Shown here: positions 27,310 to 38,640 of the stretch, piece by piece
Numbering within the stretch: the stretch's first letter is position 1
How the letters are laid out: each line of letters begins with the position of its first letter
Assembly: GCA_965200315.1 (NCBI GenBank)
Contig: OZ241362.1
Location: 192,001 to 256,000 of the forward strand
Reading direction: 5' to 3'
Length of the DNA stretch: 64,000 bases
Source: Candidatus Latescibacterota bacterium
GTDB lineage: Bacteria > Latescibacterota > UBA2968 > UBA8231
Program-made: the position numbers and the translations under genes
The notes under the pieces: generated by a model
What the model saw: the letters and a program-made list of their open reading frames with translations, nothing else
What the model was told of the DNA's origin: nothing
Database searches by the model: none

Positions 27310-28419
27310 TTAGGTAGTTAGGATGTGCCGGAGGCGGTTGGCGATGATTTCGGCTTCGCCGTCCAAGAGGGTTTGCGGCCCAACGCTGAGCGCGGTGTCG
27401 CCGCCGCTGACGAGGATTGACGGCTCGCCTTCTTCGAGTGCGCACACTACATCGCTAGCCGAGCGGGGGGCCGCGTCGCTGAAGTGAAGATGCACCAGCG
27501 GCGAGGCCGGCGGAAATTTGTTCTCATAGGCTTTGGTAAAACTAGCTTCCACGCCGGCGATGCCCTCGACGGCCGCGGCGACAATTCGACAGCGGTGCTC
27601 CCACTCGGCGACGACCGCTGCTTCATCCATTGCAAAGAAGAGTTCGACGGCGCGGAGCAGGCCGCAGATTTCCTCTTTGCCAACTTTCATGCCGCGGCCG
27701 ATGGCCGAGTGCGGGTTGGAGTTGAGGTGGCAGGCTTCGACGAGATCCTTGCGGCCCAAGACAAGGCCGGTTGACTGCGGCCCAAACAGGCCCTTGCCGC
27801 CGCTGAACACCGACAGGTCGCAGCCCATAGCCGGCAGGTCGGTCAGGTTGGAACGCGGCGGCAATTGCGCGGCCGCATCGACGATGACCGGCACGTTGCG
27901 CTCGTGGGCTGCGGCGACGAGCTCGGGCAGCTCGGACAGGGGCTGGCTGCCGAGGAAATACACTACGGCTGCGGTCTGAGGGCCGATGCCGGCGATGTAG
28001 TCGTCGAGCGTCACGGCTTGTGGGGTTCCGACTTTGACTAGCTCGCCGCCGCTGAGGCGAAAGCCCTGATGGACGTAGTAATGCGAATCGACCAAGCTGA
28101 TGACGAACTGGTTGGGCCGATCCCCGACATCGGGAAGCTGGGCAATGGCGCGGGCGTCGGTGCCGGTTAAGCAGGCTGCGCCGGCCAAGAGCATGCCGCC
28201 GGCCGCGCCCGATGACACAAAGGCCGCTTCCGCGCCGGTGAGCGCGGCGATGCGAGTGCCGGCCTTTTCGTGCAGCTCGTTGAGGTGGACGAATTGGCGC
28301 GCCGCTTCGGCCATGGCCTCGACCACGGGCGCGGGCATGATGGAGCCGCCGAGCGTGGTGATGGTGCCGCGGGCGTTGATGAAAGGGCGCAGGCCGAGGC
28401 GTTGGTATAGGGTGGGCAT
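27310..28419 (-). CDS. SelA-like/DgaE-type PLP-dependent enzyme
   Basis: 'INARGTITTLGGS', 'VDAAAQ', 'FSGGKGLFGPQ', 'GRGMKVGKEE'. Confidence 0.8.
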   Translation of the reverse strand: MPTLYQRLGLRPFINARGTITTLGGSIMPAPVVEAMAEAARQFVHLNELHEKAGTRIAALTGAEAAFVSSGAAGGMLLAGAACLTGTDARAIAQLPDVGDRPNQFVISLVDSHYYVHQGFRLSGGELVKVGTPQAVTLDDYIAGIGPQTAAVVYFLGSQPLSELPELVAAAHERNVPVIVDAAAQLPPRSNLTDLPAMGCDLSVFSGGKGLFGPQSTGLVLGRKDLVEACHLNSNPHSAIGRGMKVGKEEICGLLRAVELFFAMDEAAVVAEWEHRCRIVAAAVEGIAGVEASFTKAYENKFPPASPLVHLHFSDAAPRSASDVVCALEEGEPSILVSGGDTALSVGPQTLLDGEAEIIANRLRHILTT

Positions 28420-28485
28420 GGTTGGGTCCTTGGCTAGCGACATAGGCGGCAATAATCCAATGATGGGCCGGAGGAATTGGAAGAG

Positions 28486-28809
28486 CTAAACAGCAACAAC
28501 TCTCTGTTGTCCTTCTCTATTTTTTGAAGGAATAATGTGGATCTCAATATCGAGATTCAATCGGTTAAGAAAAGTCATTAACCGCTCAACGCTGTAATGA
28601 TTAAACTTGCCCTTCTTTAGCCGGGATATTTCAGGTTGCTTCACCCCTAAAATTTTCGCGGCCTCTGCTTGGGTCAATTTTCGGTTTTCTATAATCTGAA
28701 ACACTTTAAACCCAAGTGTTGCCCTGAGAAATAATTCTTCTGCATCTGGCAAGTCGAGATCCTCAAACCCATTGCCTGAACTCTTTTCAAATGTAATCTT
28801 CTCACTCAT
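28486..28809 (-). CDS. XRE-family HTH antitoxin (HigA-like)
   Basis: 'SSGN.FEDL', 'LTQAEAAKILGVKQPEISRL', 'SVERL'. Confidence 0.85.
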   Translation of the reverse strand: MSEKITFEKSSGNGFEDLDLPDAEELFLRATLGFKVFQIIENRKLTQAEAAKILGVKQPEISRLKKGKFNHYSVERLMTFLNRLNLDIEIHIIPSKNREGQQRVVAV

Positions 28810-29030
28810 AATTTACTTGCCTCCAGTTCCCGCGCCATTCTCAGACGTCTCTTGATAAGGCTTATCTCTTTCTTTGGAGTTTTCACTCTGCGTCTTGATT
28901 TTTTTTGAAAACAATGCAATACATAAACTCTCTCGCCAATTTTCACCGCATACACGGCACGGTAAGTGTCTGTTCTGTGATCCGCCCGTATTTCAAATAC
29001 TCCTGAGCCAATGCCCCTGAATGTATGAGT
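28806..29030 (-). pseudogene. RelE/Gp49-like toxin, 5'-deleted
   Basis: 'GSGVFEIR...YRAVY...VYVLHCFQKKS..KTPK.E' with no N-terminus. Confidence 0.8.
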
Positions 29031-29862
29031 GTATGAAAGGCCTCTTCTGCGATGGCTTCCTCGAACGTAGCGTGTTTCGAAGTTTCGTCCTGAGAGTAGA
29101 GCGACTAAGTCCTCTAAACGCCCGCGTTTGAATTGCGACGTAAACATGACGCGAAGCATATCGGTGTATGAGGGATCGTAGAGGTCATCCTTTTTATTCT
29201 TCAGCCACTCCATTGCACGGAAGTAGTCGATCGAGGCGAATTCAGCATCTTTGCCCAAGTCGTTATATGCTTCCGGCGCAACAGCCAGATGGCAAAAGTA
29301 GTCGATGCACTTTCTTAGCCGATGGCCATCGTACTGTTCACTGGCAGCCATCTTGGACATTGCGAAGTCCGCTGTATTAAGCGTGATGCCCTGCGAGTTT
29401 ATGCGGACAAAAATTTCCGCGACAGTCTCAACTTCCAGATCGGAGTTCAACTCGATGACGCCGAGGGGGTTATTACGAATACCGCGAAGGCGTTCCATGC
29501 GATCATCGATTTCGTATTTGTCTGCAATATGATTCGCTTCGCAATAGCAGTCCACTAATTGACGTATTCTCACGTCGGGAGCGAAGACAGTGGATATGTC
29601 GGCAATCCATCCCTTGTCCCTACATATGGCGGCATTTGCTACTTCAAAACGCTCCTCGTCAGGATGAAAGGCGATAGATATCCGTGTCCGCTTATAGTCT
29701 TTGTTGACAACCTGCTCCCCATGCAAAAATGAAATTACGCACCTTTGCCGCGTTCCAGATGAAGGGACGCTGGATCTCAGGAATAGCGATCTCATCGGAT
29801 TTGATCCAAGCCAGCAGGGTCTCGATAGGGTGCTGATTAATTGAGTAACGTTGGATGGGCAT
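29030..29862 (-). pseudogene. DUF262/GmrS-like gene with internal deletion and truncation
   Basis: '[12 protein letters not shown]' N-terminus and 'IFVRINSQG'; the DGQQR segment is missing; frameshifts present. Confidence 0.75.
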
Positions 29863-30061
29863 ATTATTATTTCTTTCAATTTGTGGCTCTGGTATGCGAA
29901 ATTGGTGCAGTGACCTCAAGCTCTAGCTGAGCAACTCCGTCTGGGCACTTTCAAAGAACGCCGGTCAAAGCGCAACCCGAGCTAGGTCGTCAATCCGTCG
30001 CCTAGGCACTCCCGCTGATTGCTCAATTGTGCCCCATCAACTGCGGAACGTGTCAGTTGAT

Positions 30062-30103
30062 AAAAAGAAAGCGGGCGGGATGAAACACCCCGCCCGCTTT
30101 TTT
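30062..30103 (-). terminator. Rho-independent terminator downstream of groEL, probably bidirectional
   Basis: AAAGCGGGCGGG...CCCGCCCGCTTT flanked by A and T tracts. Confidence 0.85.
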
Positions 30104-30123
30104 GCGTCTGCGCCAAGCGTCCC

Positions 30124-31764
<1,641 letters not shown>

Positions 31765-32061
31765 TTAGCCTACAACGGCGAGGATGTCGTCTTCGCGCAT
31801 GATCAGATATTCTTCGCCCTCGATCTTGACCTCGGTGCCCGAGTATTTGCCGATGAGGACCTTGTCGCCCACACTCACTTCCAAGCCGATGCGCTCGCCG
31901 TCTTCAACGCGCCCGGGGCCGACGGCGACGATCTCGGCTTCTTGGGGCTTTTCCTTGGCCGTGTCCGGGATGATGATTCCGCCGACCTTCTGTTCTTCGG
32001 CCTCGTCGAGACGCCTAGCTAGCACGCGGTCGGCGAGAGGTTTAATATTGATGGTGGCCAT
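31765..32061 (-). CDS. groES: Co-chaperonin GroES
   Basis: 'KPLADRV...[14 protein letters not shown]...REDDILA'. Confidence 0.99.
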   Translation of the reverse strand: MATINIKPLADRVLARRLDEAEEQKVGGIIIPDTAKEKPQEAEIVAVGPGRVEDGERIGLEVSVGDKVLIGKYSGTEVKIEGEEYLIMREDDILAVVG

Positions 32062-32106
32062 GATTGGCTCCTCCTTTTAGGGGTAAAATGGCGATGGGAT
32101 GCTATA

Positions 32107-32122
32107 TGCAAAGTTCGTGCCA
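32107..32122 (-). promoter_or_regulatory. sigma54 (-24/-12) promoter of groESL
   Basis: Minus strand reads TGGCACG-AACT-TTGCA, a perfect consensus; AT-rich upstream tract. Confidence 0.8.
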
Positions 32123-32321
32123 ATGGACGAAGATTTTGCTAGTGGTTTGTTTATAAAGAACTTATGCCGTACTTTGGCGCAGAGCCGTAAACGGCCATTT
32201 TCCCGTATTGATAAAAATAAAGTGCAAAATGTATATAAGTGTATTAAAAATAACTTATTGTGTTTTTCTCTAAATGAAAATATAAAGCTCTGATTCCCAT
32301 TATGAAAAAATTGAGGGGATA

Positions 32322-33104
32322 ATGGACTGGGATGACCAGCGAGTTGTGCTTACCGGGGCCAGCAGCGGCATTGGTCGCGCCTTGGCTCTCGTGCTGGCCG
32401 AGCGCGGGGCGCGCTTGGTGTTGGTGGCTCGCCGCGCCGAGGCGCTAGCCGAACTGGGAGCGGCCATTGAAGCAAGCGGCGGTCTCCAGCCGCTAGTGGT
32501 GCCGTGCGACGTAGGCGATCTGGCCCAAGTCAGTGCTTTGCACGCCGAGGTGGAAGCGCAATGGGGTGGGGCCGATGTGCTGATCAACAACGCGGGTCGG
32601 GGGCATTACCGCTCCTTTGCCGACGCGGATGTGCGCGAATGCGAGGCTGTGGTGCAAACAAATCTGCTCGGCACCATCTACTGCACCCGCGCCTTTTTGC
32701 CGGGGATGCTGGCGCAAAGACGGGGCCGGTTGGTTTTCATATCGAGTATTGTCGGCGAATTTCCCGTGCCCAAGCACGCCGTGTACAGCGCGACGAAATT
32801 CGCGGTGAGCGGGTTGGCCGAAAGCCTTGACTACGAGCTGGCACCCCAAGGCATTGGCGTCCACCTCGTGGAGCCGGGCTTGGTGCATACCGAGTTTGCT
32901 GCGCGGGCCGGCACTAAGCACTTGCCCGTACAGAAAAAGTTCGCCAAATCGGCCGAGGAAGTGGCCGCGGCCATCGCAGATGCCGTGGCCGCGGGCAAGC
33001 ACAAGAGCGTCCCAGACGCGGCCGCGCATTTGCTGATCAAGCTGCGCCAGCACTTGCCCCGCTTGACGCGGTTCGCTTTTCGGAGAGCCTGCCGTCGGCT
33101 CTAG
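32322..33104 (+). CDS. SDR family oxidoreductase
   Basis: 'TGASSGIG', 'NNAG', 'YSATK'. Confidence 0.9.
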   Translation: MDWDDQRVVLTGASSGIGRALALVLAERGARLVLVARRAEALAELGAAIEASGGLQPLVVPCDVGDLAQVSALHAEVEAQWGGADVLINNAGRGHYRSFADADVRECEAVVQTNLLGTIYCTRAFLPGMLAQRRGRLVFISSIVGEFPVPKHAVYSATKFAVSGLAESLDYELAPQGIGVHLVEPGLVHTEFAARAGTKHLPVQKKFAKSAEEVAAAIADAVAAGKHKSVPDAAAHLLIKLRQHLPRLTRFAFRRACRRL

Positions 33105-33110
33105 TAACGC

Positions 33111-33194
33111 AGTGGTTAGTGGTTAGTGGTTAGTCCCGACCCTACTCCCAAGGCAGGGGAGCGGGGCGGACTCATCACTGGCCACTGACCACTA
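33111..33194. repeat. Palindromic element with heptamer (AGTGGTT)3 arm between convergent SDR genes
   Basis: Left arm TAGTGGTTAGTGGTTAGT pairs with right arm ACTGGCCACTGACCACTA; inner GC-rich stem. Confidence 0.65.
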
Positions 33195-33196
33195 AT

Positions 33197-33979
33197 TTAC
33201 TGAGCGGTGTACCCGCCATCGACGACTAAGGTCGCGCCGGTGGTAAAGCCAGAGGCTTCTGAGGCAAAGTAGAGGACGGCCGTGGCCAGTTCGCTTGGGT
33301 CGCCCCAGCGGTCCATGGGGACCTTGGCGATCATTTCGCGCGCTTTGGCCGGGTCTTGCAGCAGGATGGCGTTGATCGGGGTGATAAAGGGGCCGGGGCA
33401 GATGGCGTTGACAGTGATCCCGTGCGCTGCCCATTCGAGGGCGAGGGTCTTGGTGAGTTGGACGATGCCGCCTTTGCTCGATGCGTACGGCGTGCGGTCG
33501 GCGATTGAGACCTGAGACACGGTGGAGCCGAGGTTGATGACGCGGCCGTAGCCGCGCTCGATCATCTGCGGCCCCACGGCTCGGCAGTAGTACATCGGGC
33601 CGGTGAGGTTGATGGCGATGACCGCGTCCCAATCCTCGTCGCGCAGTTCGACGATGGGGCTGCGAATGTTGATGCCGGCGTTGTTGACCAAGATGTCGAT
33701 GGGCCCCAAGTCATCGTTGGTTTGGCGCACTGAGGCTTCCACTTGGGCGCGGTCGGCCGCATCGGCTTGCAAAGCGAGCACGCGGCCGTTGGTGTGAGCA
33801 CTGATTTGCGCGGCTACGGCGCGGGCCTCTTCTGCATGACGGCTGGTGAGGGCCACATCGGCACCGGCCGAAGACAGCGCACAAGCCATAGCTTCGCCGA
33901 GGCCCTTGCTGCCGCCGGTCACCAAGGCCGTGCGCCCCTTGAGGCTGAAGAGTTCGAGCGAGGAGGGTGGAATCATCAT
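33197..33979 (-). CDS. SDR family oxidoreductase (gluconate 5-dehydrogenase-like)
   Basis: 'TGGSKGLG', 'NNAG', 'YASSK', 'VDGG'. Confidence 0.9.
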   Translation of the reverse strand: MMIPPSSLELFSLKGRTALVTGGSKGLGEAMACALSSAGADVALTSRHAEEARAVAAQISAHTNGRVLALQADAADRAQVEASVRQTNDDLGPIDILVNNAGINIRSPIVELRDEDWDAVIAINLTGPMYYCRAVGPQMIERGYGRVINLGSTVSQVSIADRTPYASSKGGIVQLTKTLALEWAAHGITVNAICPGPFITPINAILLQDPAKAREMIAKVPMDRWGDPSELATAVLYFASEASGFTTGATLVVDGGYTAQ

Positions 33980-34221
33980 AGCGAGGACCAGCCTTCGGCT
34001 TCGACCATGGACTTGGCGAGGTCGCCCAACTCGGCGACTAGGGCCTGTTGATCTTGGGCGCGAGCCTTATTGGTGATCTGCATGGTTAGGGCGATCAGCC
34101 CCAAGCCGAAGATCCGCTGCAAGCTCTGCGGCGAGTCTGGTTCGAGGTCGGGAATCAGCTCGGACAGGCGGTTGAGCAGGTCGCGGTGCTCAGTGGGAAT
34201 TTCAATAACTTCCAAGGACAT
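33976..34221 (-). CDS. Hypothetical protein (81 aa)
   Basis: ATGA-coupled to the SDR; GGAG RBS. Confidence 0.6.
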   Translation of the reverse strand: MSLEVIEIPTEHRDLLNRLSELIPDLEPDSPQSLQRIFGLGLIALTMQITNKARAQDQQALVAELGDLAKSMVEAEGWSSL

Positions 34222-34382
34222 GTTTCAATCCGCTCCCCCGCCGAAGCGAGGGGAGATTCCTATTGCTTCAGGCACTATGTGGAGTGCCACTAAGTGGCGT
34301 TAAAGGTAACGCATGGCCTAGTCGCGGTCAAAGCGGACTGTGATTTGTGGGATTGCGGGATTTACAGGATGAAAAGCCGCGG

Positions 34383-35228
34383 TTAAAGTTCGCCATCGCG
34401 GGCGACGAAGTGTTCGCCATCTTGGGCGATGCGGCTCCACAGCGCGTCGGGATCGTGGTCCCAAGCCACGATCCATCCCCGGGCAGCGGCCTCCGCAGTA
34501 AAGTGCTGTTTGCGGGTCAAGGTCTGGTAGGGGAACATGTCGTAGGCCATGTTCCAATAGGGCCGCAGGTGAAGGCGCGTGGGGATCAGCTCCCCAGGAT
34601 AGACGAGAGTGTGCCCGCTGGCTTTGAGGCGAAAGCCCTGATGGGCGCGAGTATGGCCGCCGGTGACAAAAGTCGTCAGCCCGGGGGCCAATTCGCTGTC
34701 GCCGTCGAGGAAGCGCATCTCGACTTGGCGGGCGAGAGTGTGCAGCTCTTCGGGCCGATAGCTGCTCCGCATGGTGCTGCGACCAGCCAAGGCGTCGTCC
34801 CACTCGCCGCGCTGCACTGCGTAGATGGCGTTGGGAAAAAGCGGGGCTAGGTCCGTAGGCCCCTCGACGAGACAGCCGCAGAAGTGGTCGAAGTGCAGGT
34901 GGGTGAGCGCGACCATAGTAATCGCCTCCGGGGCTACGCCTGCGGCAGCGAGCGAGCCGCGCAGCGTATGCTCGCCGTCCATGCCGTACATAGTGCGTTC
35001 GCGCGAGGAAAAGCGCTCGCCGAACCCGGCGTCGAGCAGCACGAGCTCGCGGCCCGTTTTCAGGAGCAGGCAGTTGCACGACAGGCGGATGCGGTTGTGT
35101 TCGTCGGCGGTGGCAGCGCGTTGCCACAGGACCTTGGGTACTAGGCCGAACATGGTCCCCCCGTCGAGCCGAAAATCGCCGCCGGGCAGGTGTACGGCCT
35201 CTGCGTCGCCTAGGTCAAGGGTGTGCAT
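34383..35228 (-). CDS. MBL-fold metallohydrolase (YtnP-like)
   Basis: 'LDGGTMFG.VPK.LW', 'THLHFDH', 'GHTRAH'. Confidence 0.85.
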   Translation of the reverse strand: MHTLDLGDAEAVHLPGGDFRLDGGTMFGLVPKVLWQRAATADEHNRIRLSCNCLLLKTGRELVLLDAGFGERFSSRERTMYGMDGEHTLRGSLAAAGVAPEAITMVALTHLHFDHFCGCLVEGPTDLAPLFPNAIYAVQRGEWDDALAGRSTMRSSYRPEELHTLARQVEMRFLDGDSELAPGLTTFVTGGHTRAHQGFRLKASGHTLVYPGELIPTRLHLRPYWNMAYDMFPYQTLTRKQHFTAEAAARGWIVAWDHDPDALWSRIAQDGEHFVARDGEL

Positions 35229-35245
35229 CAGGCTTCGACCTGAGC

Positions 35246-36241
35246 TCAGCCGAAGGTGGGGACGAGGACCGCGACGCCCTCGGTGGCAAATTGGCAGCGC
35301 ATCTCGCGCAGGCCCTCTTGGGCCATACTTGTGCGCAGCTTGGCGTGGTGTTCAGCCGGGCAGTAGAACATGAGAAAACCACCACCGCCAGCCCCTAGCA
35401 GTTTGCCGCCGAGGGCACCGGCGGCGCGGCCGGCCGCGTACCAGCGGTCGATGTCCGCATTGGATATCTGCTGCGCCCGCTGTTTTTTGGTCATCCAGTG
35501 CTCGTGGAGCAATTCGCCGAAGCGGTCTAGTGAGTCTCGTTCGAGTGCCTCCTTGATTTGGTAGCCGATCTGCTTGGTCTGATGCAGGCTGTCTAGGACT
35601 TGGTTGTCGCCTTGTTGGGTATCTTGGTTTTGCTGGGCGAGGATGTCCGAACTCTCGCGCCGGATGCCGGTAAAAAAGACCAGCATGTTGGCGGCTAGGG
35701 TCTCGGCGGTGGGCGCGGAGATCGCCAGTGGCGCAACAACGACGCGACCGCTGGTGTCGATGTCGAGGCAAGTCAGGCCGCCAAAAGTGCCCAAGTAGTG
35801 ATCGTGTTTGCCCGCTGGCTGAGCGGCTCGCACCGCTTCGATATAGTGGGCTTCCTCCGCTAGCGCTTGGGGAGAGGGCTGTTCGCGCTTATAGGCGTGG
35901 AGTGCGGCCAACAGTGCTACGGTGAACGTTCCCGACGACCCCAAACCCGTGCGTCCGGGCACATCGGACATCGCGCTTATTTCGATCCCAGCCTCGATCC
36001 CGGCGTAGATCAGGGCTTCGCGTAGAAGAGGGTGTTGGATCTGACCGGGCGCATCGACCTTTTCGGTCTGCGAGTACTTGACGCGAATGAAGTCTTCCAC
36101 CTTGAGGTCGTTGAGTTGGATATAGACGTATTTGTCAATGCCAGCGCTGAGCACAAAGCCGCCGTAGTGGGCGTAATAAGACGCTAGGTCGGTGCCGCCG
36201 CCGCCGAGCGGAATGCGCAGGGGTGCTCTGGTGATGATCAA
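35246..36241 (-). CDS. GHMP sugar kinase, HddA-like heptose-7-phosphate kinase
   Basis: 'RAPLRI.LGGGGTD', 'GLGSSG', 'GGKLLGAGGGG'. Confidence 0.85.
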   Translation of the reverse strand: MIITRAPLRIPLGGGGTDLASYYAHYGGFVLSAGIDKYVYIQLNDLKVEDFIRVKYSQTEKVDAPGQIQHPLLREALIYAGIEAGIEISAMSDVPGRTGLGSSGTFTVALLAALHAYKREQPSPQALAEEAHYIEAVRAAQPAGKHDHYLGTFGGLTCLDIDTSGRVVVAPLAISAPTAETLAANMLVFFTGIRRESSDILAQQNQDTQQGDNQVLDSLHQTKQIGYQIKEALERDSLDRFGELLHEHWMTKKQRAQQISNADIDRWYAAGRAAGALGGKLLGAGGGGFLMFYCPAEHHAKLRTSMAQEGLREMRCQFATEGVAVLVPTFG

Positions 36242-36253
36242 ACTAGCCTCGTT

Positions 36254-36973
36254 TCAAGGAAGGGCAAAAGCGCCCGAGTCCACGCACTGACAGGCGTGGC
36301 GGTAGCGCTCTGGCGTATCGGTCGAAAGGAGCTGACCGCGCAGGGGATGCCCGCGCAGGGGGCGGCCTGCGGCGAGCAAGTCGGCGAAGACCTCGCTGAA
36401 GTCGCAGGGGGTGTCGGGGGGGATGCGGTCGAGGATTTCGGGTTGTAGAGCGTAGATTCCGGCGTTGACCCAATAGTTGTCGAATACTTGGTTGGGCCGC
36501 GGTTTTTCGACGAAGCGGGTGATGCGGCCGTGCGCGTCGAGCCCGACGATGCCCCGCGTGGTCGGGTCGTCCATCCACAGGAGTCCGATGCTGGCGATTT
36601 CGTCCTCGCGTTGGTGGGTTTGCCACAAGTCGCCTAGGTCGAAGTTGGTCAGGTTGTCTCCGTAGTACACTAAAAAAGGGCCGTCGAAAAAGTCGGCAAC
36701 TTGCCGCACAGCGCCAGCGGTGCCGAGTAACTCGTCCTCCAGCGAATAGGTAATCGACACGCCCCAAGCTCGACCATCGCCGAAATGGTCGGTGATGACT
36801 TGGGGTAAGTGGTGGAGGTTGATGACGAGGTCGTCGAATCCGTGCTGCGCCAACAGGCGCACGACGTATTCGAGCAGGGGTTTGCCGGCAAAGGGGACCA
36901 TGGCCTTGGGGGTCGCGTCGGTGAGCGGGCGCAGGCGCGTACCGCGCCCGGCCGCTAGGATCATCGCCTTCAC
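36254..36973 (-). CDS. NDP-sugar nucleotidyltransferase (HddC/GMPP-like)
   Basis: 'ILAAGRGTRLRPLT..PK', 'LGTAG', 'FVEKP'. Confidence 0.9.
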   Translation of the reverse strand: MKAMILAAGRGTRLRPLTDATPKAMVPFAGKPLLEYVVRLLAQHGFDDLVINLHHLPQVITDHFGDGRAWGVSITYSLEDELLGTAGAVRQVADFFDGPFLVYYGDNLTNFDLGDLWQTHQREDEIASIGLLWMDDPTTRGIVGLDAHGRITRFVEKPRPNQVFDNYWVNAGIYALQPEILDRIPPDTPCDFSEVFADLLAAGRPLRGHPLRGQLLSTDTPERYRHACQCVDSGAFALP

Positions 36974-38085
36974 GTGCTAACCCGGCGAAGGACGTTGGCG
37001 GCGCGCATATTCGCTTGAGCCGATGCGTAGAAGTCCGCGAGCTCGGGCTGCCCTTTGATCCACTCGATGTATTCGCCAATGGTTTGTTCTAGCGAAACCT
37101 CGGGCTGCCAGCCGAGGGCTTGTAGGGCTGCACCGGAGGAGACGGTGTGGCGGGTGTCGCCAAAGCGGTATTCGCCGCTTACGAGCGGTGCGATGGCCCG
37201 CCCGGCGATGCGCGTTACTAGTTGGGCGTATTCGAGGACGGTGGTGCCGCGCTGTCCGGCGACATTGAAGGAGCTGAAACTAGCGCGCTCGTCTTCGAGA
37301 CATAGGACATTGGCGTGGGCCACATCGCCGACATAGACGTAGTCGCGCAGCGATTGGCCGTCCTCGTAGCAGACCGGGGGCTGGTCGTGCAGGACGCGGA
37401 GGGCAAAAATGCGGCCAATGCCCGAGTAGGCATTGAAAAAGGAGTTGCGCGGCCCTTGGACGATGGAGTAGCGCATATTGACTGTGGGAATGTCGTATTT
37501 GCGGCCTAGGCTGAAGGAAGTCAGTTCGGCTGCGTATTTGGAGATGCCATAGGGGGTGTGGGGGTTGACGGTGGCTTCGGTGATCGGCCGGTGTTCGAGT
37601 TCCGCGGCGCAGTGGGGGCAGCGGACTTCCCATTCAGCTCGGGCTAGCTGCGCGTCAGGGCGGGCGTCGGGATAGACGATGCCGTGCTCGCCGCAGCGGT
37701 ACTTGCCCTCGCCATAGACAGCTTGCGACGAGGCTAAGACGACTTTCCGCACGGGCAACTTCTCGGCGACGATTAGCTCGTAGAGCAGGGTGGATCCGAC
37801 CGTGTTGACGTGGTGGAAGGTGGAAAAATCGGTCATGTAGTCTTGGTAGGCGGCTAAGTGGATGACGCCGTCGATGCCGTCGAGTGCGGCTCGCCAATCG
37901 GCGCGTTGGCGCACGTCGCCGCGCATCTTTTCCACGCTCGCGGGCAGATAGTTGGGCCAGCCTTCGGGGTGGACCCGCTCTTGGAGGGAGTCGAGGATGC
38001 GGACTCGATAGCCCGCGGCAACGAGGCGATCTACGGTGTGCGAGCCGATAAAGCCGGCACCGCCTGTGACTAGAATGTGGCGCAT
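36970..38085 (-). CDS. NAD-dependent epimerase/dehydratase
   Basis: 'VTGGAGFIGSH', 'YGISK', 'RDYVYVGD'. Confidence 0.9.
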   Translation of the reverse strand: MRHILVTGGAGFIGSHTVDRLVAAGYRVRILDSLQERVHPEGWPNYLPASVEKMRGDVRQRADWRAALDGIDGVIHLAAYQDYMTDFSTFHHVNTVGSTLLYELIVAEKLPVRKVVLASSQAVYGEGKYRCGEHGIVYPDARPDAQLARAEWEVRCPHCAAELEHRPITEATVNPHTPYGISKYAAELTSFSLGRKYDIPTVNMRYSIVQGPRNSFFNAYSGIGRIFALRVLHDQPPVCYEDGQSLRDYVYVGDVAHANVLCLEDERASFSSFNVAGQRGTTVLEYAQLVTRIAGRAIAPLVSGEYRFGDTRHTVSSGAALQALGWQPEVSLEQTIGEYIEWIKGQPELADFYASAQANMRAANVLRRVST

Positions 38086-38129
38086 GGGTTGGGGGCGGAG
38101 TGCTTCGCTACACAGTACGGCATTTTTCA

Positions 38130-38432
38130 TCAACCGATGGAAATAACAAGGTTCAAATTTTCTTTTCGCAGCATATCTTGTAATGTAAGCTGAACCCAAA
38201 AACTTTCTGGCTCGCCAAGTTTTCTGGCAATTTTAGCTGCCCTACTGGGATTTGGAATTCTTCTTTCTTTTTCAATATCACAAAGGCTTTGAGGTGAAAT
38301 ACCCCAAAAAATAGCAAACTCTCTCTAGCTTTTTTCTTCTCCTATTCGATGGCTTGCCAGAGCATTTCCAAATGTCAGACATCCAAAGTCTCTCTCCAAA
38401 TTAGAAATCCCATATTGTCCTTTAGTAATCAT
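38130..38432 (-). pseudogene. Frameshifted XRE-family antitoxin, preceded by the last codons of a RelE-like toxin
   Basis: AT-rich; pieces read MITKGQYG...LTFGNAL...GISPQSLCDIEKERRIPNPSRAAKIARKLG...WVQL.LQD; upstream 'EEINKHDY*' overlaps its start. Confidence 0.7.
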
Positions 38433-38640
38433 GTTTATTGATCTCCTCAAAATGCCGGTAGCGGTAATGTCCACGCCCGTATTGTCCTCGATCTTGTTGG
38501 GGGGTTCGTGAGCATCCCGTCATGTGCCGGTGCAATATAGATAAGGCGCGAAGTCCCGGCCAAGGGCGTCGCGGTTGACAGAAAATCGCTGTTGTGTGGA
38601 TTTTCAGAGGCAGCAGTGAATTAAACGGACGAAACAGAGA

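Noticed and set aside
29880-30060. Possible ncRNA or attC site downstream of groEL
   Set aside because: No convincing structure or attC core pair could be identified by eye
38086-38199. N-terminal extensions in the ORF track (also 17581-17730, 19557-19688, 41958-42119, 46641-46943)
   Set aside because: They run through pseudogene, MITE or upstream-gene sequence; better starts exist downstream
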